NCBI GenBank assembly: GCA_026770705.1
Contig: JANJGN010000005.1
Location: 185,318,001-185,382,000, forward strand
Direction: 5' to 3'
Length of the DNA: 64,000 nucleotides
Source of the DNA: Isurus oxyrinchus
Taxonomy: Eukaryota
Below are positions 49,929 to 61,649 of this stretch, piece by piece (positions within the stretch are counted from its first letter, which is position 1; each line of letters begins with the position of its first letter). Below the pieces are notes generated by a model, which searched no databases, had not been told where the DNA came from, and saw only the letters and a program-made list of their open reading frames with translations. The position numbers were made by a program, and so were the translations under genes.

Positions 49929-51654
49929 TTCAATGAGGTAAGAATGGACCTGGGCCAAATAAATTGAAGTTAAAGGTTGGCAGGAGAACAATAGGCTACC
50001 TTCAAGGAACAGATAGTTCAGACACAGCCTATGTATATTCCCTCGAAAGGGAAAGTTAGGGCAAACAAATCCAGAGCTCCCCAAATGACAATAGAGATAG
50101 GATTAAGATAAAGAAGAAAAAGTGCGCTTATAACAGATGTCAGGTAGAAACTACAATTGAAACCAGGCTGAATATAGAAGGTTCAGCGGGAGGTGAAAAA
50201 GCAAATATTGGAAGCAAAAAGTAAGTGTGAAGAGACTGGCAGCTAACATAAAAAGGAATCCCAAAGTCTTCCATTGGCATATAAATAGTAAAAGCATGGT
50301 AAAATGAAGCAAAGAGCTGATTAGGGACCCAAAAGGGGTTTTACACATGGAGGCAGGGTATTAAATTAATACTTTGCATTTATCTCTACAGGCAAAAAGA
50401 TGCTACGCAGGCTATGGTGAAAGACAAGGAGATTCGGTCACTAGAAGAGTTTAAAATTGATAAGGAGTAGGCAATGGATAGCTTGTCTGCACTTAAAGTT
50501 GATAAGCCACCAGGATTGGATGAGATACACCCAAGGATACTGAAGGAAGTGAGAATAGAAATTGCAGAGATACTGGCCATAATTTCTCAGTCTTCCTTAG
50601 ACTCAGGGGTGGTGCCAGAGGACTGGAGAATTGCAAATGTTACACACTTGTTCAAAATAGGATGTAAAGATGAGCCCAGCAACTACAAGCCAGTCAGTTT
50701 AATTTTGGTAGCAGGGAAACTTCTAGAAACAATAATTTGGGGCAAGATTAATAGTCACATGAACAAATGTGGGTTAATTAAGGAAAGCCAGCATGGATTT
50801 CTTAAGGAAAAATCATGTTGAACTGACATGCTGGAGATTTTTGAAGAGAGAACAGAGAGGGATGATGAGTCCAACATTGTTGATGTGGTCTACATGGACT
50901 ACCAAAACACATTTGATGCGGTGCCATACAACAGACTTGTGAGCAAAGTTATAGCTCATGGAATAAAAGGGACAGTAGCAACATGAATATGAAATGTGCT
51001 GACAGGAAACACAGAGTAGTAGTTAATGGATGTTTTTCGGGCTGGAGGAAGGTTTATAGTGGAGTTCCTCAGGGATCAGTATTGGCACTCTTTCTTTTCC
51101 TGATATATATTAATGACGTAGACCTAAGGCTCAATTTCAAAATTTGCAGATGATATGAACCTTGGAAACATTGTGAGCTGTGAGAATTTCAAAATGAAAT
51201 AGACAATTTGGTGGAATGGGCGGACATGTGGCAGATGAAGTTCAATGTGGAGAATTATGAAGTAACTCATTGTGGTAGAAAGAACATGGAGAAACAATAT
51301 AGAATAAAGGGTACAATTCTAAAGGGGGTGCAAGAGCAGAGGGACCTGGGTATACATGTTCATAAATCAAGTCTGTGATGACATCTGAAGTTTTACAGAG
51401 TGCACACACCTGTCAAGGTTTCATAATACGTCTAGGTGATTTCCTGTGGCATTGCGCACAATGAGTCAGAGGGTACAATATTCTGTAAGAATAAGGTTGA
51501 TTAACGTAGTGTGATGGGGAATGTTGTGTTCCATTGTTCTGTGTTTGACTATGTGAGTTTATTGCTATGATCTGGTTAGGGATCAGTAACGTTTTGTTTG
51601 AAGTAGACGAAGTGTGGAATCCTCGTTACCCACTAGGAGAATAAAGATACACGA

Positions 51655-54000
51655 TTCTCTGCTAGGCCTGGTACTGTGCAATAAGATAGGTTCAATTGAT
51701 AACCATAGTGAAGGCACACCTAGGTGGCAGTGAGCATAATATGATTGAATTTTACCTTCAGCTTGAGGGAGGTAAGAGTGGGTATGAGTATTTTAAACTT
51801 AAATAAGGGCTATTATGAGGGCATGAAAGCAGAGCCAGCTAACACAAACTAGCAAATGGGGTTAAGGGATAGGTCAACAGAGATGCAGTAGCAGAGTTTT
51901 AAAGGGATATTTCAGAATATACAGAATAGATACATTCCAATGAAAAAGAAAAATTCGAAGGGGAGGACCCACCATCTGTGGTTAACTAAAATATTTAAAG
52001 AAAGTATCAAACTTAAAGAAAAATCATGTAATTGCACAAAAACAGGCAGAATATGAAGATCAGCAAAGAATGACTAAAAGATTAATGAGAGAAAAATTAA
52101 GCATGAGAGGAAACTGGCTAGAGATACAAAAGTGGTTAGTAAGAGTTTCTATAGTTACTTAAATAAGAAAAGAGTTTTTTAAAAAAAGTGAGTTTTGGTT
52201 CTATAGAGAGTCCGTCTGAGGAATTAATAATGGAAAATACGGAAGTGACAGATGAATTGAACGGGTATTTTACATCAGTCTTCATTATGGAGGATACAAG
52301 GAACATCCCAGAAATAGCTGTAAATCAGGAAAGAAGAGAGAGAGGATCTCAGGAAAATTACAATCACAAGAGAAGTGGCATAGAGCAAATTGTTGGGGCT
52401 GTGGGCTGACAAAACCACGGGTCCTGATGGATTTCATCCTAGGGTCTTGAAAGAAGTGGCTAGTGAGATAGTTGATGCATTGGTTTTAACTTTCCAAAAT
52501 TCCCTGGATTTGGGGAAGGTTCCATTTGATTGGAAAAAAGTAAATATAACTCCTTTATTCAACAAGTAGGGGTGGGATGGGGGGGAGAGAGAAAGTGGAG
52601 AACCATGGCCAGTTAGTTTAACATCTGCCATAGGGAAAATGTTTGAAACAATTATTAAAGATGTTATTGCAGGGCATTTAGAAAAATACAAGGTAATCAG
52701 GCAGAGTCAAAATGGTTTTGTGAAAGGGAAATCATATTTAACCAATTGATGGGAGTTCTTTGAAGGAGTCACCGGTGCTGTGGATAAAGGAGAACCGGTG
52801 GATGTGCTGTACTTAGATTTCCAGAAGCATTTGATAAGGTGCCACATCAAAGGTTATTGCAGAAATTAAAAGCTCATGGTGTAAGGGTAACATAATGGCA
52901 TGGATAGAAAATTGGCTAGCTAACAGGAAGCAGAGAGCTGGCATAAATGAGTCATTTTCTGGTTGGCAAGATGTGGTGTGCCACAAAGATCAGTGCTGGG
53001 GCCTCAACTTTTTACAATTTATATAAATGACTTGAATGAAGGGATCAAAGGTATGGTTGCTAAATTTGCTGTTGACACAAAGATAGGTAGGAAAGTAAGT
53101 TGTGAAGAGGATATAAGGAGGCTGCAAAGGGATATAGATAGGTTAAGTGAATGGGCAAAGATCTGGCAAATGGAGTATAATGTGGGCAAATGAGAAATTG
53201 TCCATTTTGGCAGGAAGAATAAAAAAATAGCATATTTTCTAAATGATGAAAGGATGCAGAGCTCTGAGATTCAGAGGGATCTGGGTGTCCTACTGCATGA
53301 ATCACAAAAGGCTAGAATGCAGGAATAGCAAGTAATTAGGAAAGCTAATAGAATGTTATCGTTTATTGTTGGGGAATTGATTACAAAAGTTGGGAGGTTA
53401 TGTTTCAATTATCCAGCGCACTGGTGAGACCACATCTGGTATACTTCTGTACAGTATTGGTCTCCTTATTTAAGGAAGGATGTAAATGCACTGGAAGCAG
53501 TTCAGAGAAGGTTTACTAGACTAATACCAGGAATGAGCGGGTTGTCTTGTAAGGAAGTTTGGACAGGTTAGGCTTGTATCCACTGGAATTTAGAAGAGTA
53601 AGAGGCAACTTGGTTGAAACCTTTAAGATCCTGAGGGGTCTTGACAGGGTGGATGTGGAGAAGATGTTTCCTCTTGTGGGAGAATCTAGAACTGGGGTTC
53701 ACTGTTCAAAAATAAGGGGTTGGCCACTTAAGACAGTGATGAGGAAAAAAATTTTCTCAGAGAGTTGTGAGTCTTATGAACTCATTACCTCAAAAGGCAG
53801 TAGAAGCAGAGTCTTTGAATATTTTATAGCAGGGATAGATAGATTTCCCCCCTTATAAGGGGATGAAAGGTTTTTGAGGGTAGGAAGGAATGCGGAGTGA
53901 AGGTTACAATCAGATTAGCCATGGCCTTAATTCAGTGGCAGAGCCAGCTCAAGGGACTGAGTGGCCTACACCTGTTCCTAATTCGTATCTTTGAATGTTC
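51655..54000 (+). mobile_element. 5'-truncated CR1 LINE (ORF2 through 3' UTR), decayed
   Basis: GPDGFHPRVLKEVA, VLYLDFQK, GVPQRSVLGPQLFTIYINDL, KFAVDTK and DRLGLYPLEFRRVRG; 3' UTR 'gggactgagtggcctacacctgttcc'. Confidence 0.9.
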
Positions 54001-55089
54001 CTACTTTTCCACAGTTTTAAACAAACAAAATAATCTTTGCTATAAAAGTCAGAAAAGCAAAACAATCTACAATATCAATCTTATACTTCAACAGTCAGAA
54101 TTAACATGAGGCATATATGATTTAATAATCATACTCTGGTTGAGCATATCACACCGCACTTGAAATGGCAGATATGACCAAGACAGATCCCATGGATTTC
54201 TTAGCAACCCATCCAAATGCCAGTGACCACTGTGAGTTACAATATGTCATTAAAATTCTGTCTCTCTTATGAGGGATTTCAACTCCTACCTTTCAAAGAT
54301 TTAACATCTGAACTCCCTCAAAAGCTGCTCTGACTCAGACTACCTCAATGACAGTTCACCTCCTGATGGTTCAATCTCTCCTCCTAAGACTGTGTCCCAC
54401 GGGATTCACAAAGCTGCACTCTGAATCACTGACACAATGCCTGCTCTTTCACAAAATGTTAGCTTCAATAAGCTGGCACTGCCCCTTGGTGTCTCCACAT
54501 TCCAGTCTTCCCGGCTGCCTCGAGCTATAAGGGGATACCAGGGCTTCTTCTGAGCCCTAACTGCTTGGCATGGAACTAATAACCTCCTATCACCTTAGCA
54601 GCCCCCCAGGGCTCCTCTGAGCCCTCACTGCTTGGAGCCTACTAACTGCTCCTGGGGCTTCTCTGTGAGCTACAAACCACGTGAGGTCCAAACTGCAACC
54701 AACCTCCTCCCAGCAAACACATAGATAAATTGAAATCAGAGAACCTTCTTAAGCTCCATCCATCTCCACGATCACATAGCCTTTCGGGGTTTACTGAACA
54801 CTTTTAAACTAATCTAGTTCTAACTTCCAAAACAAAACATCTCTCTGAACTGCACTTCTTTGTAAGCAGTGTAGACATCACATCTCCTGTTCTCTAGCCA
54901 AGTAAGCTGACCTGCTGTTTTCTTGGCTCAATCTCTTCTATTCTGACTCCATTTAACAATCATGAGTAACCTTCTGAACTTTTCTTTCAGGTGTTCTATC
55001 AATCTCTAAAGTCCAGCATTTTAGTTACATTACCTTCCCAATAACAATCTTGCCAGGACCAAACATTACCTCAAAAATATTAACATGAA

Positions 55090-55314
55090 CCATGAATTAA
55101 ATATTTGTCACACTGTTTACTATTGATGCTTACTGTTTTTGATTGGTTAAGCCCAGGTATGGACTCAGTGAAAAGTAAACAAGTTATAGAAAAAGCTGGA
55201 AGCCAGATATGTAAGCGTGGAGCAGGCATTTTAAAGCATTGCAAATAAAACCTACTACACACATAGAAACTAGTGTCATCTTTGCCTAGCTCTGAGAGAT
55301 AAAGAATATAAAAC
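55090..55314 (+). repeat. Dispersed repeat, paralog of 36000-36231
   Basis: Same conserved blocks including AATAAA; the minus-strand ORFs here and at 36 kb share LNQS.TV.INSKQ. Confidence 0.55.
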
Positions 55315-57239
55315 AGGGAAGCTGTGAAGGCAATTGTATGATATACGCAAGACTTTAAATACTCTTTTTTACAGATATATGGAGAAGGATTTTCAAATTC
55401 CAGTGGAGTTGGGACCAAGTGTGGGTGCAATTTAAGAAAATCCCAGCCCAGAGGTCATCACTAGATTCCGATGCCTCTGGGACAATCTGAAAGTTTCAAT
55501 GTTCTGGCAGGAAGAGGGAATGGGGTACATGCATGTGGCCAATTAATGGCCCATTAATCTCCTTTGGGAGCTCATTAATGGGCCGGGAGATGGGAGCTGC
55601 AGTCTTCAACAGCAATTTTGGCAAACCCGAACAGTCTGGTGCATGTTTCTGCATAGCTGTCATGTTCACTGCAGGGCAACAGAATTTTTTTTTCAATGCT
55701 TAAAACGATAAAGTACTTGGCCATCCTGTACCTCTATCACACCTCGGATATCATACATTGTACCAATGTTTTTCCCAGTGGCCCTCCACTTTGTAGCACT
55801 TTTTCTGCTGTCCCTCTGAGGAGCTGCCTGCTCTGATCAGCGAGGCAGTGACAGGCTCAACATGGCTACCACCTGCCTTTGCCACTGGTGCCAGGCAGGC
55901 AGCTCCTGCCTCCTGGAGACACTCAGCATCACTACCTGGGTGCCAAGTTTGCCTTGTGCTCAACTAGGGCACATACCTATAAATATAGTGTTGCATGAGC
56001 AATACAGTTGAAGTGCAGGATCAGGACCCCTCACTGGGTCCCCGACCCTGCTTTGACAATCTAGTCTATGAAACCTATATCATATCTTAAAATCAAGATT
56101 TTTAATTAAGGGAACAGTTTGCAATTTGAAACAATTGCGCTGGGAAAACATCACGAGAAAGCATTCTGCAGATTTTGACATTTCTCTAAATTTCCTCTTA
56201 AATTGGTAGGTACCTTCTGCAGAGTATCCGTGACAGAAATCATTTGAATTTTTGAAAGACTGCATAGGAAACTCAAGTATACAAGCTTAGGGCCTTCTGA
56301 TGGTATTACTAAGCATTCAGAAATTTTTGCTATACACTGTAATTGTACAAATATTCCCACAACTGTCCATTAACTGGTTTGTCGTTCCCACAGAAACTGA
56401 CTTTCATGAATGTCCTTTTCATTAACAACTGGCATTTGACTTGTTAACAGGGAAAGGTATTTCATATTGATATTCCTTAAAAAAAAACATTAAAAATTTT
56501 GAAGTGAGGCTTCTGCATCTAACAAACTATCATTCGAGGCGGGTAAATGAATAATGTCCTTGCTTTCCTCTCCTGGGTTAAACCACACAAGGTTAGCACT
56601 AGAAAAAGCTTTAAAATGGCCAAAGTATTAGTATTCCTGACACCATATATTTGTGTTTTCTCAGAGCGCTGGCCACTTATCACAGTTGAGATATAATTAG
56701 TTGTGAGACTTAAAGAAAAGAACAATTGACAGCAGTCAGCTTATACCTCTTTTGATAATCGAGTGCGGATAAAAAGGAAAAATTGAAAGTGGTGTGCAGG
56801 AAAAATATTGAGTGCAATAGATGGCTGAGAGCCGGCGTGTTTGAAACATTCAACAAATCATTCAAACACTGAAATGTTCTCTTCAATTGGACAGAGAAAA
56901 AAAAACACAGAGGAGCCAGTCCATTTGCTTTGTCATTCAGCTGCAAGGAGCTGGTATCTTATCCCTCCTGGTCATCAACATATTTTAATCCCTCAGGAAT
57001 GGCAGTGGGACAATATCCACCCCCTTCAGCATTGATCTCAGCTGGGAATTTCTGCAGGTGAAGAAATATTGAGGCAGAATTTCCTAGCAACATATCGATG
57101 AGTTTAATGACACTCACCACCTTTAGTTTGTAAATCATCCAGTAACTTGTGGCGAGGAACAGGTACCTCATGAGTTGTGAGCTGCCCACCTCCCCGCGAG
57201 TTTCATGAAATCAATACATTTGTACATTGGTGACCAAGT

Positions 57240-57700
57240 AAACTTGCCACTGAAAGTTAGGCCCAGTACTTCACAGCTTAAATACGGTTTTAATGATGAG
57301 ATTTATGTTCACATAATTCTGATCAACCTCTCCAGCCCAGAAAGGGAACAATGAAAGATAATGGAGTCTCATTTCTGCAGATAGTGAATTGTCGTTACAA
57401 CACTTTTAAATTTCTCATGTTTGTGTTCTGCCTCTGTTTTCTCCCTCTCTGAATTCAATCTTCCTTTCCCTCTGTTTATTTCTCTTTCTGAACTTGATTT
57501 GTCTCTAATTCATCCAATTTCCTTCTCCGTTGTTCCTCTGTTTCTTTCACAATCCTTAAATCCCATTGATTAAGGAGATAGATAGTTGGCCCCGTCATTC
57601 ACTGAGGTTCCAGGTGCCTGTTGATCCTCGCAGTGTAGTTATCAGTTCCCTCTTCCAGCGATTTGCAGTGCAAACATTTTTTGAGCTAAAGGGCACTGGA
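57240..57700. repeat. Old interspersed repeat related to ~41700-42020 and 59170-59260
   Basis: 'tcaacctctccagcccagaaagg' (57320s) is the reverse complement of 'cctttctgggctggagaggttga' (59216-59238). Similar CT/GA-rich organisation at 41.8 kb. Confidence 0.4.
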
Positions 57701-58449
57701 TGAAATTTAAATTGTGAGATATCCCATGTGGCTCAGTCTATTTCTCAAATTTAGGTTGATCATTCTTCTAAGGAGCAAATTTTAAAGGGATATGAGGAAA
57801 GAGCACGGAATAAGACCAACTGACTAGGTCTTTCAAAGAGCTGGTATAGGTAAATTACTTCCTGTGATGTATCATTTTGTGACTGTAAGATTAACATTTA
57901 ATATTTTATTACTCACCTCACTGAGGCCATGCCTTAATCTTCTGGCTAGTCTGTAGAACATCAGTTGCTGAACTGTCTTCTTATAGGTCAACCCCTTTCT
58001 ACTCCAGGGCCATTCTTGATGTTTATCTCTAATAAATAGATTCCAAACTAGCTGGTGAAATATGAAACTTGATACAAATCCCTTTCTTGATAGTTTCTTT
58101 ATTTACAGAATGCATCAATATAAATCTCTACCTTTTACCTACTAACCTGGTATCCCAGCAGTCCCTCCTTATATGTACTCAAGATATTTAATCTATCAAT
58201 ACCCACCACCTGTTTATCCTTAACCTTAACAATACAATAATCATAATATTAACAATCTCTACTTTCTTTACAAAGCTTTTATACGTCTTTTTGAGTTGCA
58301 CATAATGGACAATTGAACAACTAATAGTCACTGAAGGGCCTCCTCCAGCTTACTCATGTCTCCACATCAGTAGGAGTTGATCTATGAGAAGACAATTCAA
58401 CAACTGATGTCCTACAGACTAGAGAGAAGGTTGACATTAAGGTACATGA

Positions 58450-58925
58450 TAGTGCAGGGATTTTACCTGGGACAGGTGGAGGACAGTGCCAGCTATGAAG
58501 CCCAGAAGTTTTCACTGCTTGGGCTGTTGATAGGTAAGATGGGAGTGGGGGATGCTCACCTCCTTTCCAGGCCCCCTGTGACCATCTTTGGGTCCCTCCC
58601 CCAAGGTCTTCCCACGTTTGCCCTCCCCCTGCCCTGTCCACCCTGACTTTCTAGCCGCCTTGTTCTCCTTGCTGGGGCCTGCCAACCTAGCCTCTGCAAG
58701 ACCCTCCCACTTACCTTCACATCCGTCTCTATTCGTGTTCATCATCAGAGACTGGGTGCAGTCCCAGCAGTGGCCACTGCTCCTGGTGGAGATGCTGGGA
58801 TCAGGGAGCGACTGACCATTTGATTGGCTGGCAGCCCTCAAAGGCGGGGCTTCCTCTCCAGATGAGAGGATAACTTGGCTCATGACAATTAATGGCCTAA
58901 AATAAAACAAAATAAAATTCAGCCC
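58450..58925. mobile_element. GC-rich MITE-like element (family C, reverse orientation)
   Basis: 'gattggctggcagccctcaaaggcggggcttcctc'; TIR-like 'gcagggatttt' and 'aaaattcagccc'. Confidence 0.5.
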
Positions 58926-59538
58926 CAGAGTGTGATGCTGGTGGAAAGTGATTTCAATTCCACACTGTTAATCTCTTCAAAAATTGTGTAAACCCTTGTG
59001 CTACATAGAAAATTATAGAAGCAAATGAGCGAAGCTGGGGTATTGGAAGGGTCCAATAAGCATTATCCTTTGGACCTAGTGTAGGAAATAGCCCAGATTC
59101 CTGTCTTGCTATCAGCAGGCACACCTCAGTGACATTAAGTTACATGACAGTGTTGTAGAATTATGAAAAAGAATCACAGGCATTTGAATGGCGCATCTGT
59201 GGTCATTCATTGTTTCCTTTCTGGGCTGGAGAGGTTGATTGGCATTGCGCCATCATAAATTTGAATTACATGCATTACACATGTTATAAGATATAGTTTG
59301 GACAATCATACACATTAGGAGCACTTCAGAGGGGTCAGGCAACATCATAATCTCTAAGATTCAATTCTAAAATATGTGCACACACACCAGCTTGTTATTC
59401 ATTGTACACAGTTAGAACATGTACATGCCATACATGTATAATATATATTACTGAAAAGAGAGGCTTGGCAACCAATCAGCACCCTTTCCCCCTGCAGTAT
59501 AAATTGTTGTGATCATTTGAAATTTGGAATTCTTGCAT

Positions 59539-59574
59539 TTGTCCTGATGAGCGCAAGATGAAAAGCTTCAGCAA
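59539..59574 (+). ncRNA. Second-family minimal hammerhead motif (decayed) at the end of a different repeat (~59460-59600)
   Basis: UUGUC-CUGAUGA-GCGCAAGAU-GAA-AAGCUU-C-AGCAA has a canonical CUGAUGA/GAAA core and palindromic AAGCUU. Stems I and II are partly decayed. Confidence 0.55.
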
Positions 59575-59611
59575 CATGTCTCCCTTTTCAGCAATATTCA
59601 AGTTTGTACTA

Positions 59612-59836
59612 AACAAAAACAGAATTACCTGGAAAAACTCAGCAGGTCTGGCAGCATCGGCGGAGAAGAAAAGAGTTGACGTTTCGAGTCCTCATGAACT
59701 AGTTCTGTCGAAGGGTCATGAGGACTCGAAACGTCAACTCTTTTCTTCTCCGCCGATGCTGCCAGACCTGCTGAGTTTTTCCAGGTAATTCTGTTTTTGT
59801 TTTGGATTTCCAGCATCCGCAGTTTTGTTTTGTTTT
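59612..59836. mobile_element. Young palindromic Penelope-terminus cassette, 17-bp TSD
   Basis: Perfect 86-bp inverted arms at 59612-59697 and 59716-59801, plus a 35-nt tail. TSD tattcaagtttgtacta at 59595-59611 and 59837-59853. Confidence 0.92.
59701..59739 (+). ncRNA. Hammerhead-like motif (CUGUCGA core)
   Basis: AGUU CUGUCGA A GGGUC AUGAG GACUC GAA ACGU C AACU, identical to 41278-41316. Confidence 0.62.
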
Positions 59837-59860
59837 TATTCAAGTTTGTACTAGCAGCTT

Positions 59861-59900
59861 TATATATATATATATATATATATAAATACATATATAGATA
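59861..59900. repeat. (TA)n microsatellite
   Basis: About 12 perfect TA units, then degenerate. Confidence 0.9.
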
Positions 59901-60313
59901 GACACATACACTCATGTATGCAGGGGAGGGTGGAAATTGAGGTTATTCTATTTTGGTGAATCTTTCTTTCGTCTGAGATAAGTGCCATGGGAGACAGCAG
60001 GTTTATTTGAACGAATGATTTCACTTGATTTAAAATAAAGTGCTGTTCCACCACAATTTGAACTTCAGTAATTGTAACAAGGTGAACTGTGAGGCTGAAG
60101 CAGCTGTCAGCAGGCTTAGATATCAACTCTTGAGTGCACAGCCATCTACAACATGGGTGAGCAATTGCCTGGACATGTCCCTGTGCATGAAGCAACAGCC
60201 ATCAGGAGGACTGGGCAGCAGTGACTGAGCTGCTACTGTCTGATTCTATATATTTACTAAGCCTCTAAATAACCATGGTCCTCACAGAAGCAAACAAAGA
60301 ACTTGCATTTATA

Positions 60314-61040
60314 AGAACATAACAAATAAGTACAGGAGTAGACCATTCGGCCCCTCGAGCCTGCTGCACCATTCAATAAGATCAACGCTGATCACCTTGT
60401 GTTTCGATTTCCACATTCCCATCTAACCACAATAGCCTTTCATTCCCTACCCTAACAAGAATCTATCTAGCTCAGCCTTAAAAATATTCAATGACCCTGC
60501 CTCCACCACCTTCTGAGGCAGAGAGTTCCAAAGTCGCACAGCCCTCTGAGAGAAAAAATTTCTCCTCATCTCTGTCCTGAAAGGGCCACCCCTCATTTTA
60601 AAACAATGCCCCCTAGTTCTGGACTCACTCACAAGAGGAAACATCCTTTCGCTGTTCACCTTGTCAAGGCCGTTCAGGATCTTGTATACTTCAATCCAAT
60701 CACACCTCACTCTTCTAAACTCCAGTGGAAACAGGCCCAGTCTGTCCAACCTTCCCTCATAAGACAACCCACTCATTCCAGGTGTCAAACTAGTAAACCT
60801 CCTCTGAACAGCCTCCAATGCACTTTCATCCTTCCTTAAATAAGGAGACTAAAACCACACACAATATTTGAGGTGCGTTCTCACCAATGCCCCATATAAC
60901 TGAAGCATAAGACCCTTACTTTTATGTTCAATCCCTCTTGCAATAAAGGATGGCATTCCATTAGCCTTCTTAATTACTTGCTGTACCCGCATACTAACTT
61001 TTTGTCACTCATGTACTGGAACACCTAGATCCCTCTGTAC
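60314..61040 (-). mobile_element. CR1 LINE 3' end inserted in an L2/SINE-type tail
   Basis: ORF 60447..60818 reads EAVQRRFTSLTPGMSGLSYEGRLDRLGLFPLEFRR..FFSQRAVRLWNSLP. Flanks ttgcatttata and ttgcacctata are TSD-like. Confidence 0.9.
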
Positions 61041-61199
61041 CGTTGCACCTATATAGCATCTTTCATGACCTTAGTACGATCCCACGCACCCCTCCCCCCC
61101 CCCACCCACCCCCCGCACAGAGAGCTTCAGTAAGTTTAACCAGTGAGCTGAAAGAATAAAGAGTCCTGGGAAGACGCAGAAGGGATAATAGAATTTAAA

Positions 61200-61620
61200 A
61201 AGAAAGAATTTGCGCAGCACCTTTCACAACTCTAGGACATGCCAAGGCTCTTTACCGCCAGTTACCTACTTTGTGAAGTGTTGTCACTGTTGTAATATAG
61301 GAAATTTGGCAGCCAATTTATGAACAGCAAGCTCCCACAAACAGCAATCTAATAATTACCACTTAACCTGCTTTTGGGAATGTTAGTTGATGGATAAATA
61401 TTTGTCAAGACATAGGAGCTAACTCTCTGGTGCTTCTGCAAAATAATGCCTTGGGATCTTTTATGTCACCCTGAGGCCTCAATTTAACATCTCAACTGAA
61501 AGACGGACTGTTTGACAGTGCAGCACTCCCTCAGTCAGGCACTAAGCTATCAATTACAATTTGTACTCAAGTTTCTGGAATGGGACTTCAGCCCATAACT
61601 CACTGACTCTGACTGTTACT
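61200..61620 (-). mobile_element. DeuSINE/SacSINE1-like SINE
   Basis: 'gacagtgcagcactccctcagt' core and 'tgggacttcagcccataac..ctgactctga' head. Confidence 0.78.
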
Positions 61621-61649
61621 AGCTGGGCTGCAGCTAACATCTGTTTTGA

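Larger units (their letters stand above)
47410..51370 (+). mobile_element. Near full-length decayed CR1 LINE (5' UTR, ORF1, ORF2; 3'-truncated)
   Basis: 5' UTR with 'aaggtttattag' tandem repeats (47665-47830), followed in order by ORF1 Zn finger/esterase and ORF2 APE and RT motifs. Confidence 0.9.
48960..51370 (+). pseudogene. CR1 ORF2 (APE endonuclease plus RT), disrupted
   Basis: [57 protein letters not shown] and KFADD, with stops and frameshifts. Confidence 0.9.
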
